From positions 42,785,743 through 42,849,742 of the forward strand of contig CM074515.1 in assembly GCA_037379345.1 (NCBI GenBank): a stretch of 64,000 nt of DNA, in the 5' to 3' direction. The translations under genes and the position numbers were made by a program. This stretch comes from Perna viridis (lineage: Eukaryota). Below are positions 11,545 through 23,700 of this stretch, in pieces (position 1 is the stretch's first letter; each line of letters opens with the position of its first letter). The notes under the pieces were generated by a model that had not been told where the DNA came from, did no database searches, and saw only the letters and a program-made list of their open reading frames with translations.

Positions 11545-13152
11545 GTAATATTATATACAATATTGACTTATAACAAAGACTGTCACATGACATAAGTTTG
11601 ATTTTTCATTGGACAACTCTCATTCACTCAGTCACTCCCACCTTGTGTCAACAAAACATACCAATCATGACAAATAAATACTGAACATATTGTGTAAGAA
11701 TTTTCTTGATTTTCGATGAATTTAATGTAAAAAACTAAACTTTTGTATATGACTGAGGTAAAAATACATATTTAAGCACAGCCAGCCATTCAAAAAGTGT
11801 AAGATCTAAACAATGAATCCAAATGACACGATGATTGTATAAATTGTCAATTTACAATGAACTGTATCTATTGCATTCTCATATGCAGTGTATATATGTA
11901 TAAAATTCACTCAACCTTTAACTAGCAATATGTTTGGCTCTGTAAAATACATACTCCCTAGCTTCTATGGTATGGTGTAGTAAGAAGTATCCAAAGCCAA
12001 ACAAATGGCTAAATTTAAACCTGACTGCAAAAGAATGAAACCAAGAAATTATGATGTCCTTTTTCCATCATGTTAAATATAAATGGTGTTAGAATTGAAT
12101 GACAATTAACTAAAAATACCCGTTTCATGAATACACATCAATAATTTATTATTGAAACAAGTTCTGATTTCAGTCATTCATGAACACACATATAAGCACA
12201 CCAGTAACAATAAAATACACATTCACTCATCCTAAAATATGACCCCTACACATACAACAAAATCTCTCACCATAACAACCGTATTATCCAATCTACAAGT
12301 TCTCATGTTTAACAGCTTGATGCCATTTTTCGTCCACACTGAGCCCTTGTTGGGCAAGTAGAGAATAAATCAATATTTTAAAAAATAATGTTAAAGGTTG
12401 TTAAAGGAGATGGTGAATAAAAGAACTTGTAAATAAATATCCCGCATAAGATTTTCTCTCATCAAAGAAGGTCATATCATTTCCTCTCTAATTAATAATG
12501 ATAAAAAAAAACTCTGCCATTGAATCATAAAAACAACACTGCTAAAATAACAGGAGAACTTGCAGAAATAAGAAATGTATGCAACAATCAATTTAGTAAA
12601 GTAATCCATCCTCAATAGCACCAAGGCAAAAATAAATAAAACCCTGAAAAACTCAGCTGTTGAACAGGGTAATCTTGTGTTGAAGTAAAATCATTAAATT
12701 CCATTTGAAATACAAAAAGATACTTATCCCATGTGACTTAATAAAATATTGCTTTCAAAAATGGCTTTAACACAATAAATTTCAGTACCATAAAAAAATG
12801 TCTACATATGCAGAGTTAAAAAAAAAAATGACAAACCAGTGTTGATGTTAATTTCAATTTTTCAACTGAATCACCTATTTATTTCACCCCCATTATTCAC
12901 AATGAAACAAATTAACATTTTAATCTAATACAACTACAAGAACCCCATGTCAAACAGCTTTGTTGATTGTTGCTAACAATTCTACTATTGCATAGGTGGG
13001 ACACGAAAAAAAAAATCATTGGACACATGATAATACTGAACAAATGCACTATATACACAATGATATAATTTAGGGAAAAATTCTCGTTATACACAACAGT
13101 TACTGCAGTCTAACTCCATCTCACATTTACAACCTTGTAAAATAATAATAGC

Positions 13153-13306
13153 CTATACTAAATACGATAACAGATTGGAAAAAGTGAATAACCAAAATAT
13201 GATAACAAGTGCGAAAGAACGCATGAACTTGTTCCAAGCATTCTTGACACACGTTATACTATGGTTATTCACACTTACCAGTTGATTATCCTATTTATTA
13301 CATATA
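13153..13306. mobile_element. Palindromic MITE family E copy 1, inside putative ihog 3'UTR
   Basis: aatacgataac...gtgaataacca pairs with tggttattcac...gattatcctattt; related copy at 24751-24950. Confidence 0.65.
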
Positions 13307-14649
13307 TTTTTTCTATAATATATCGCTAGTTTCACCATAAAATTTGAATTTTGTAATCAGCAGATCAGTATTGGTGTTGTGGTGTTTTGGCAGAGAAAAT
13401 AGTTAAATAACCATAATGTGAATTATCAAAATTTATTACTCGTTGAACATTCAATAAATCACTTATCTATTTGATAATATCAACACACTGGTACAATACA
13501 TGGACCTTCTACACTAGAGCTAGAGTGGACACTGCTATTTTCCCTTGCTCACTGGGGATAATGTTTACATTTTCATCCTGGTGGGGTTGTTGTCTCTTTG
13601 ACATATGCACTATACCTATTCTTGTTATATGTTTACATTCTAAGCTTTTCTATGCTGTCCAGGGCAACATTAACCACTGGGTATGATTAAATAAAGTAGC
13701 ATCTAAATATAAAAACTATGACTTAAACAATTTTAACTCATTGTCACTATGCCACCATGGAAAGTGGAAATGTTTACCCACATGATCAACAGTGCATGTC
13801 ACTATTGATGGGCCACATGTTAAGATGAACAAATACCTTGTATTGAAACAAACTGTTCTCTAACTATTCTCATTATAAATATAAAATTTGGAATTTTGAT
13901 GACATCCCTCAAGTCAGCTATCAGTATTTAAAAAAAATGAACTTGTTTAGCTGAGAACTGCATACCAACAGAAAATCTATCTGACAAACCACATTAAGAA
14001 CACAGTGTTAGGTAAATAGGAAAAAAAAACTCTCTTCCTTAAAGTGAACTTCCTGATGGGATCTTTACAAGAGCATTATAAATGAGATGAAGAAAGACTG
14101 TTTCACTAACTTAAAAACTTAAGTATAAATTTTAATTAAAAGTACCCATTTGAGCACAGTAACAACTCATTAGATTTACCCTTTAGAACTGATTCCTCCA
14201 AATTACCTGGAGAACCAGTAAAAACGATATGACCTGGCAAGGCCAACAATACTTTGAATCAGAAAATATTTTCCTCTGATTTTTCAACTTTCTCGGCGAT
14301 GAAAATATTTTCTGTGGATTTCAGAAACAAAGTTAACATCACAAATAACATTCTGTACACAATGAATTTGATATCACAGCCCGGGTTTTTACATTGTTTA
14401 CTTGTGATGTGTAGCACTTTCCATGGTACTATAAATAACTTTGGTTATTCCATATAGTTACTATATATAGAACTGAGGTCCTATCTTTGGCAGTAAGATT
14501 ATCCAATGGAATTTAAGCATGATGCACTCCATATTGAATCCTGAGTATTAACATGATGCACCACATATAAGAGATTCTCGTTTGAATGCCAGGTAAATTG
14601 TTTTATTCTCGTTTTATTAGAAGCCTCACGAAACACAAACATTAGTGTG

Positions 14650-14747
14650 TCATACGGCCTGATCACAGTGTTCATTAGAGCTAGTCCGTGTGCTGTCCAA
14701 CGGAGAATTTCTGTCTCTATGTACATGTGAAAATTCAATTGTTCCTT
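14650..14747 (-). CDS. ihog: ihog last coding exon (EGTIEFSHVHRDRNSPLDSTRTSSNEHCDQAV*)
   Basis: Acceptor ttttttcag|, phase 1 continues DLSSN-EGTIEF; stop TGA at 14652-14650. Confidence 0.8.
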
Positions 14748-17700
14748 CTGAAAAAAACAAAAACATTTCTTTGTCAAAACCAGTTTCTATTCTGCTAGAT
14801 CTTAAGGAGGTAAGCTTAGGGTAGGGACACAATTCTTTCTAAATCATTGAACGTCTGTATTCTGTATTTTACTTCAATCTCAAGTAAGCATCAACGTAAC
14901 TTGGAGTGATATCATTCTGTTTCAAATGAAAGCTTGAAAGGCTTTGGTGAAATTGAATATAATACAAACATATCACTGATTTCAAGAGTTATGTCCCTTA
15001 CCCTAGGTCTACCTCCTTAACAGGTTGATTAGATGAATAGCTACCTGATACCATGATGTACAATTAATCTATCCACTAGATTAAGTTTTTCTTCACTACT
15101 GATCTTTCCTCATTATTTATTCAATACAACATTTAATAAGCATTTCAGAAGTATATTTATTTGTCAAAATGCTGTCATTTCAATAATAAAATCCAAGAAA
15201 TACAGTTAAATTTTTTTGAAGATAACTTTTATATTTTTTTATCACAATAAAATATGAAGCTGATCATGGTTTGAAAGGTATGCACTTACCATTGCTACTT
15301 AAATCAGTGTTTGTTGCCTGATCTCTTGTATCTCTCGTTGAACTTTCACGACTTCCTGCTTGACGTTTCCGTCGTCGCTTGTGTTTTCCCGAATGAACAC
15401 CATTTTCACTGGCCAATGAATTGTCTCTATTAGCATCACATGACTCAGCCAGCTGATCACATGATTGATTTGATTGCTCCTGAGAGTCTGAAGTCGTGAA
15501 CTGATCGTAGCCAATCGGAACACTATATGAATTAGGTGATGGAGGAATAGCAGGTGCCTCCCCGCTGCCCATCGAGTCTGGAGTATTTAAACACTGTGTA
15601 CCATCCAGATCAGTTTCAAGTTTATTATTATTATCACTGTAATGACTAGGTAAAGTGCCATTCGGAACAAAGGCAGGAGATTGCTGCAAAAAGAAAAAGA
15701 AAGGTAATGCTAATGAAGTAACATTAATCTCTTCATTCTGATAAAGCAGAAAAAGTAAGCTATAGTCTATACTGTATTATTGTTTACCTTTTAAGTCTGT
15801 AGCAATGGGGCAGAGGGATTACTATGACCCTCCTGTCTTTGTAGTAAAAGAGCATTAAAATTAACTGTGAAAAATGAACTTAAAATTGGTTTTAGAAAAT
15901 ATTGTCCAAATGACCTCCCTTCCTAATCCCCTACAAATTCCTAGTTCCAGACATGCCTTTGGAAATACATAACATCAAAGGATAATTTTGTCCAACAGCT
16001 TTAGAATAACCTTCACTATACCTCCTTAACTCTATTCCCTAGTCCTGAAATCTGTTTTTCTTTTGCCTTAACTCTTCCCTAGTCCTGAAACCTGTTTTTG
16101 TTTTGCCTTAACTCTTCCCTAATCCTGAAACCTGTTTTTATTTTACCTTTTTCCAGTCTAAGCAGCAGACATATGTTACATACCTGAAGATACTGGCGAC
16201 CCCCATGACCACTGCCGTTACTAAGCGAATGCATATCCATCTCTGACATAGGATTCACACTAACGTTCATTTTTGTATAAGAATTCTGAACTTGTCCATT
16301 TTGAACTGGTGGTGCGGTTGGGACAGCAGAATAACCACCATTTACATATTTTTTCCGTAAACTGTCTGTATAAATTCTTTGAGATGGATCCTGGAACTTA
16401 TTTCTCAACACTGCATCATTCATAGCATCTGTGATCAAAACAAAGATTCAAACATTTTTTAAAAACTTCTATTGTACAGTGCATATTGAGTCATTAGGTT
16501 TTGTTATGGTTTCACTTTAATCACATATAATACATTCAAACTTAAACCACTATCACATAACCTAATCATGTAAATAAAGGGGGCATGTTTTGGTCAGACT
16601 GCTTATATAAGAATTGAAAATGTTAAATTTTGAACACTGCCAACAATGTTGATCCAACATAGGTCATTAAATGAACAAGATTTTTTGTGCATTACTTTAC
16701 AACAGAACTATATTTACAATTGAAATTTCCATTAATGAAATTCAAATTCATCACTGAGTTTTCTCTTTAAAGATTGTTTAATTGATCAAACTACATACCC
16801 ATCATCCTTCTTTGTTGCCTCTGCTTCCACCAACACATAAAAATAAACACAATTAACAATAACATAAGAACACCAAATACAATCCCCAGAATCATATACA
16901 GGAGTTCACTGTTGGCTTGACTCTCTGTCTTTGTTGGTGAACCCTCGTTTTCTTGTTCCTGAGGAGGTCTGGATGTTGACAGAGGTAAAATTGGAAATTT
17001 CGGTTCAGGTCCTATAAAAATATATATAAGATATTTTCCTACAACCTGCAGGTAGATTTTCCTCATATTACATAAGTAAATTACACAACTGCTACCACTT
17101 CAATATATATAACATAGCTTATCAGTTTATTGTTAAAGCAAGGAATGCCTATATTCTAAAGTTGGGTTTTAATTATATTATCATTACAACTCTATCACTG
17201 TTCAGTCCACTGCCAAAGAAAGTGAAAGTTAACATGTTTACGCTATATGAATTACCAATTTACCTCTACAATGACAGTCAGTACAGTTAATGTTCACAAT
17301 GTAATAGGTATTATCTACCTTAAACTAACAATGAGAAAACTGAATGTTTCATTCAGATATTTTCATGCTATTAAGGATCTCAGTCAAAATTATAAATCTG
17401 CAATTACCCATGAATAAAGTTTGGGTTAAATGTTAAGGTCAAATTATCATCTTACCCTTCCCCTCAGTTTTCTTGACAACAAGATTGCTAAAGTCACTCA
17501 TCCCTGCCGAATTGAAACACTTCATTTTGATAGAGTATTCAGTGCCAGGCTGTAGATCCTTCAGAAGATGAACTCGTAGAGATGATTCCATCAGCATCTC
17601 CTTCTCATAATCTTCCTTGGAATTGAATGGTTTGTAATAAAGGAAAAACCCTTCAATTGGTGACGATTTGACTGGGATGTACTGAAATATGATGAACAAC

Positions 17701-20700
17701 ATGGTATAATTAGTTTGGTAGATGAAATTATACATTTTATGTGTAGATGAGATTATATATTTTATGTGTAGATGAGATTATATTTTATGTATAGATGAGA
17801 TTATATATTTTATGTGTAGATGAGACTATATATTTAACATGTAAATGACATTATACATTTTACATGTAAATGACATTATACATTTTACATGTAAATGAGT
17901 ATATTCAACACAGTGACTTAAAATTGATTTCAAAAATTTTGTTGCTTCTAATAAGTAATTACATGTAAATAGAAGGGAACCACTACTAACATACTTTGAA
18001 TCTGCACTCTTTACATTGTTTAATTCTCATATTCAACTTAGATAAATCTCTCTGGTTAAATTTTTATGACATAGAAATTTCTTTTCATTCTTAAATGCAT
18101 ATTCTAATTTCTGCATTTACAAACAAATTTTGAGTTGGGAGTTTTAGTTTTAGAATACACATATTATGCAGTTGCTCTGTTTGCACTCAAGGTTAAAAAT
18201 TGCAATTATGTATGTCTGATACCGATTGATATATTATTAGGAGAACTCAATATGCTTTTTCGAAGAAAAAATCATTTTTTTTTCTCTGGTAACAGAAACT
18301 TACAGTCCATTTGATATTGAGGGCATAATTCTCTCTGTAAGTGACAGGAATAACTTCTACAATCACTGGAGCTTTCTTAGGCACCTGTGGCTGTTGGTAT
18401 GTCGGCAGATGTAAAGTAAATTTCTCGGAATTTGGGCCAACTTTGTTGTCATTGTTAGAATACACTGCAGCTATGCGAAATTTGAATGTTCCCTCAGCAA
18501 CAAGATTTTTCACTTCAAATTGCCGATGGTCTCCAGGAATTTCTGTCTCATCTGTTTGCCAAGGGCTCTTCTTGGGTTTGATGACACGGTACTGAACACG
18601 GAAGAATATGATATGAAGTCCATCATTTTCCGGAATTGTCCAGTTAAGTTTCACTGAAGTATCAGACAATTGGTAAACATCTGGAGCTGATGGTGGTACC
18701 ATTTTAACTTTTGCTGAAAAAGAAAATTATCAATGATTTTTTTTTTATTTATTCATTATTAAATGTTCATTTGTTGTTGTATACGTTATACATATACTTT
18801 TTTGATTTTTTTGTTTTTTTTGTTTTTTTGTTTTGTTTTTTTTTTTTTGGGGGGGGGGGAGGGGGGAATCGACAATATTTTTTAAACAGACAAGACATCA
18901 TTTTACATGACTGTGTGAGGTTTCATTAAAATCCAATATATAACATTTTAAAATGTGTGGAACAGAATGTTTGTAGATTGACAGATACACAAAAAGAAAA
19001 CAATATTTCTCTACTGAAGGAGACAAAAAAGACAGCTGGTCTACTTACTGGATGGACTATCATTCACCGGTCTGGGGTTCTTTGTTTTCTTATTCTTTCT
19101 CTCCTTCCTATTTCTTCTATTCTTCTTCCTTCTTTTCCCATTCTTTCTCCTGTAATGAGGTCGTCTTCGATTTTTGATTACATTCGTAGGGTAATGTCCA
19201 TCCCCCTTTACTGCCACATGAATTACTGCATAATCAACCCCTATATCATTACTTGACATACATTGATACAATCCTGAATCATCAAGAATCACATGTTTCA
19301 GACTATAAGTTGTTCCTTGATTTTCGTCAACATTCAGGATGTTTGTGATAGGAACTGCATTGCGATACCAGATGACCTCTGGTTTTGGTGACCCACTGAC
19401 CTGACAACGTAATTTCACCGACTCTCCAGGGGTTAAAGTAACTGAGGTAGTTTCTGCTGTGACAGTTGGTGGTTCTAAAATAAAACAGAAAGAATCTGGT
19501 CATTCAAATATAAAAATTTTTGCTGAAAAAGTTTACATATTTGTCACATGTTTATCTTAGAAAAGTTAAAGAAATTTGTTTGTTTTTACCATTAAATTTA
19601 CAAATTTTAAAGAAAAACAATTATTATATAGGGTACTTCCTATGGTCTTAGATATTATGTCTTTGGATTTACTGACAGTCGAGTTTCAGAATAATTTTTT
19701 GTTATGAACTCACACACACAGGCAAGAGAGAAGCTTCTTACTATCAATCTGCAGAAAGAAAAGAAAAAAAAATTCTCGAAAATCATAGTCACTTAGCCAA
19801 AAATCCCCTCCAGCCCAGTAGTCTCCTAATGGATTTTAAAAGAATATATATATAATATATTTACCAATGAGTTTAAGGTAGACATCTTTGACCGTGTGGA
19901 CTCCATTACCACTGTCCACTTTACACAGGTAAGTACCAACATCTTCCTGAGTTACATTCTTTATCCTCAAGTTTCCTGCAACAACAAAATATGTAAACTT
20001 CACACTTAACCTTCAACCCTATAACTCATTTAATTGACATAAGACCATTCCATTCAACAACCATTTCCTCTTGCACCAAACAATTGGTCTGTATTTCTGG
20101 TTTAACTGTTCTAATATTTCAGCATTAATTTTGCAAAGTTTAGAGACAAAATGTATCCATACTTTCACTACTGATGAGATGTTACACCTTGAAACCTGTG
20201 TACAGCATACTGAAATGTCTAAAAGAAAAACAGGAGTGGTATTTTTGTATTAACCACTTCTAACTGTTTTGTTTTTTTTTAGCATGTATTTTTTGGCGGT
20301 GAATGATGTAAGCTCCAACTATTTATTACTGGAAAATAAGATTTTGATATACCTTGTATGACCTCTGCACGATCAGTTGGTAAAATGCCACCATATTTTT
20401 CCCATGATACAACAGGCTGAGGTAGACCAATAGCAACACATTCGACAGTTACATCTTCACCGTGATGAGCCTCGACCTCAAATGGTCGATAAACATTCAC
20501 AGAATGGGATGTGGATCCTAGAAAAATATAATAAAATATAATTAAATTCAAAACAGAGGCACTAAAAAGATAATGAACAAATTAGCTGAATTACATGCAG
20601 GTCAAAAAAGTGTATTTTCCAAATTTGTTAGAATTTTTATTTTTGTAAGTCACTTTATTTCATTTTTATGTAATCATTATAAAAATAGTCAATATCTCAA

Positions 20701-23700
20701 GCCAAATCATGTAAATTGAACTTCCATGTTTCCCTTGGTACCACAACAACTCCATTCTTTACACTATACCAGAAGGAGTTATACTGGTGCACATCTGTTT
20801 TTATGGAGTAGTTGTTAAAAAGTCATTACTACTGAGTAATGTCTACCCCATTTAGTTAATGACCATTCTGTTAACTGATTATAATTATACTGTAATGAAA
20901 ACCCAGTGATAAATGTACATTTTTATCCAAAATAGTGGCAACAGAACTCATTCTTGTTTGTTTGAAGTTTTTACAAATGTGTCTGCCTTCAAATCATGTA
21001 TGTCTAAAGAAGAAGCCAAAATACTAATTTTTTTTTTTGGCATTCATGATTATTTTTTTCTACTGCCTGTTAAATTCATTGGAATGGATAAGTACTGAGA
21101 GGACTTTATTGTTTCTCTTTTCTTTGGTAGTGCCATTTTTTAGTTTACAACTATTAAATAAATTTTATCAAGAACAATGGTTTTGCAATTTTTTAGCAAA
21201 GGAAAAATGTAAATAAAACATTGACCCTTTTAATATGTCAAATCTACAAGATTTAAGAAAGAAGATTTTCTTCTTTATTCCATGATCAAAAATCATTTTG
21301 CCTCTCTTTAGAAAGGACAAGGGTAAAGAAATGTCACAATGTCAATGGTCTGAAATAGGACAGGCTTTACATCATTTTGTCATAAAAATGGAAAATTTAA
21401 GACCATTAAACTATATTTCACTATTCTTTAATCTAGATCAAGGTCGGACTGAACAAAGGCTTCAAAAGTCCCCTCCTCAAGAGCCCCCTAAAACATTATC
21501 ATTTTTCATCATCAAGATTGTAAGCAACCTCATCAATCACCCAGTAGATACTTAAACCACATCAACAGGGGCCAACCATAGGAGATCCAATTATTCTATT
21601 TCAAAAGGCACATTAGGGTGTCATATTACATTTCTGATTAATATGTTTTCATATTTTTCTAATGAAATTAAATTTTGATAAAAAACAGATCAAGTTACCT
21701 ATGCATGAGGGTCATGTGATAATTACCAAGGTGACATGACCTAAATTTAAACAGCTGCCAATCATAATTACAGAAATCCATTGTTAAGAACTGGTCAGAT
21801 AAAATGGACAATCAATGACCAAAACTTAGTCCTGTCATTTTCTCTCCAATTAAAGTATCCATTTCATAGCCAAAAGGGCTGAAAGTCAAATATCTTTGCC
21901 TAATATAAACATTTTTCAATGAATTAAAGTGAAAACAACTTTGAAATTGAAGAAATAAGCTGATGGATTGAGTACAAAGCAGTCATATGAATTATGTTCC
22001 AACAATTTAAGTTCAAATCTAAATACATTTTCTTGCAGAAAATAAAAGGATCATTCTTTGATTGATAATATTCCTATCAATTTTCCAGTCAAATTTAATT
22101 AAAAGGTCTTTGACTTAAAATCTCATTAGTCAAACTGTCTAACTACAACAGTTATTGGGATAATCCTGCTCTGTTCACACCTGACAGGTGATTTCATACC
22201 TGTTATACTCTTTAAGCCCAGGTATTCATCAATGACACAAGCCTAACTATTAAAGCAAAGAATCCTATCATTTAGAAGGCCCATTCTTAACCTGGGACAT
22301 TATGGAAGGTTAAGATAGATTGTCCGTCTGTCTGTCATCATTCAAATCTGACAAGGTTTCTGTTAGGTCTACATTATTTTTGTGAATTTAGAGGCTGCTT
22401 GTCGCTTTCAATAAAACGGTCAATTTCATGAACGATGCAGGCAGCAGACATGAGATTTTTGCTGTCTGCTACACATCACTAAGGCATCCATCAAGTATCA
22501 AAACCTTAAATACCAAGGAAACAGAAAATCATCTCAATGTACATATGTATTCATTTTAGATCTGTTTTGAACTCTATTATTGCTTTGTCCTAATTACCGA
22601 CATTCAGAACATTGTAAATTCCTTGTTCTGGTATCACTGGGAACATATTTTACTTCCTATCCAAATCTGGGTAGTAGGCAGTAAAATGGCTGTTTACAGC
22701 AAGAATTACAAAATGGGTCAATGACAGAAATGGCAGAATATCGTTAAACAGGAAGTAGATGTCCAACAGACCTGAAATCAGGACCCACAATATCGGACCC
22801 GTACCTGATGCTAGATACCAAATATCAAGAGTCTGAGATAAGTAATTGCTGACAAGGTGTTACAAAAATAATTTTCCCTCTTGCTCGCCCAACTTTCACC
22901 ATACTATAACCAGATTTTCACTATGGGAAATTAGGCCGATAAAAATACAATCTTCCTCTCTGGAAGTGATTGGGAATCTGATAATATGTCCTCCCTTCTG
23001 CCTCAAAGTTTTTGAAACGATAGAATTAACAACCAACTTTCAGTGATTTGACCTACCTCTTGCTTCAAAATTTCTTTAGAGATGGACGAGAACCAAAAAA
23101 TTACGTTGGAGAGGTGGCCTAAAAGTTTTCTCTGATTTCTAGTTACCAAAACATAATAAACATGCTATGGTTCAAGTTTATCCTCAAAAATCTAATTGCA
23201 TTTAATTGATTTTAGGGTTTGAAGGTCCCCATAATTTCTGTTGATTTACATGTCTGCACTTAATGTGTCACAAAATAAGAATGTCATGCATTTTGTACTT
23301 TTAAAAGAAAGTTCTTTTGTCGAAACTCCTGTCTATTTAGGTTCAGTAAAAACATGCTCATCTGTTTTTGGTTGGCCTTTCAACCATGACATCTTATAAT
23401 TACAATATCCTTATTTTCTTTGACTCTGTTGGTTTATAACCCTAGTTAAGTAATAAAACTCATCAAAATATAGCAACTCATAATATCAACCATGCTATTT
23501 CTAAAGGCAGTCAACCTGAAAACCTGGTGCAAAAATTTACCCAAGATGCTGTTCTGAAGTTAATTAAATGATCGTTATAAAATCACTCAGTAAGCATAGT
23601 TCGAAGAAGTAAGCAAATAGCTAGATAGAAAAAAGGAAAGATTTTAATAATGGTTGTGAATTGTTAATAAATATTTTAAAAACTGAGTTATTCCCCTTTG

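Noticed and set aside
14650-14664. C-terminal DQAV as a PDZ-binding motif
   Set aside because: Terminal Val is present but position -2 is Gln, fitting none of the standard classes.
14499-14777. 92-aa minus ORF as the last ihog exon
   Set aside because: The phase-1 donor at 15290 joins the frame ending at 14650 (EGTIEF...DQAV*), not this one.
18795-18867. T-run followed by G-run (mirrored by the C-run/A-run at 43098-43133) as G-quadruplex or retrocopy tail
   Set aside because: Simple homopolymer tracts with no associated element or target-site duplication.
18341-19256. Plus-strand ORFs 18341-18595 and 18957-19256
   Set aside because: Antisense shadows of ihog exons 8 and 7; the hydrophobic look is the complement of the K/R codons.
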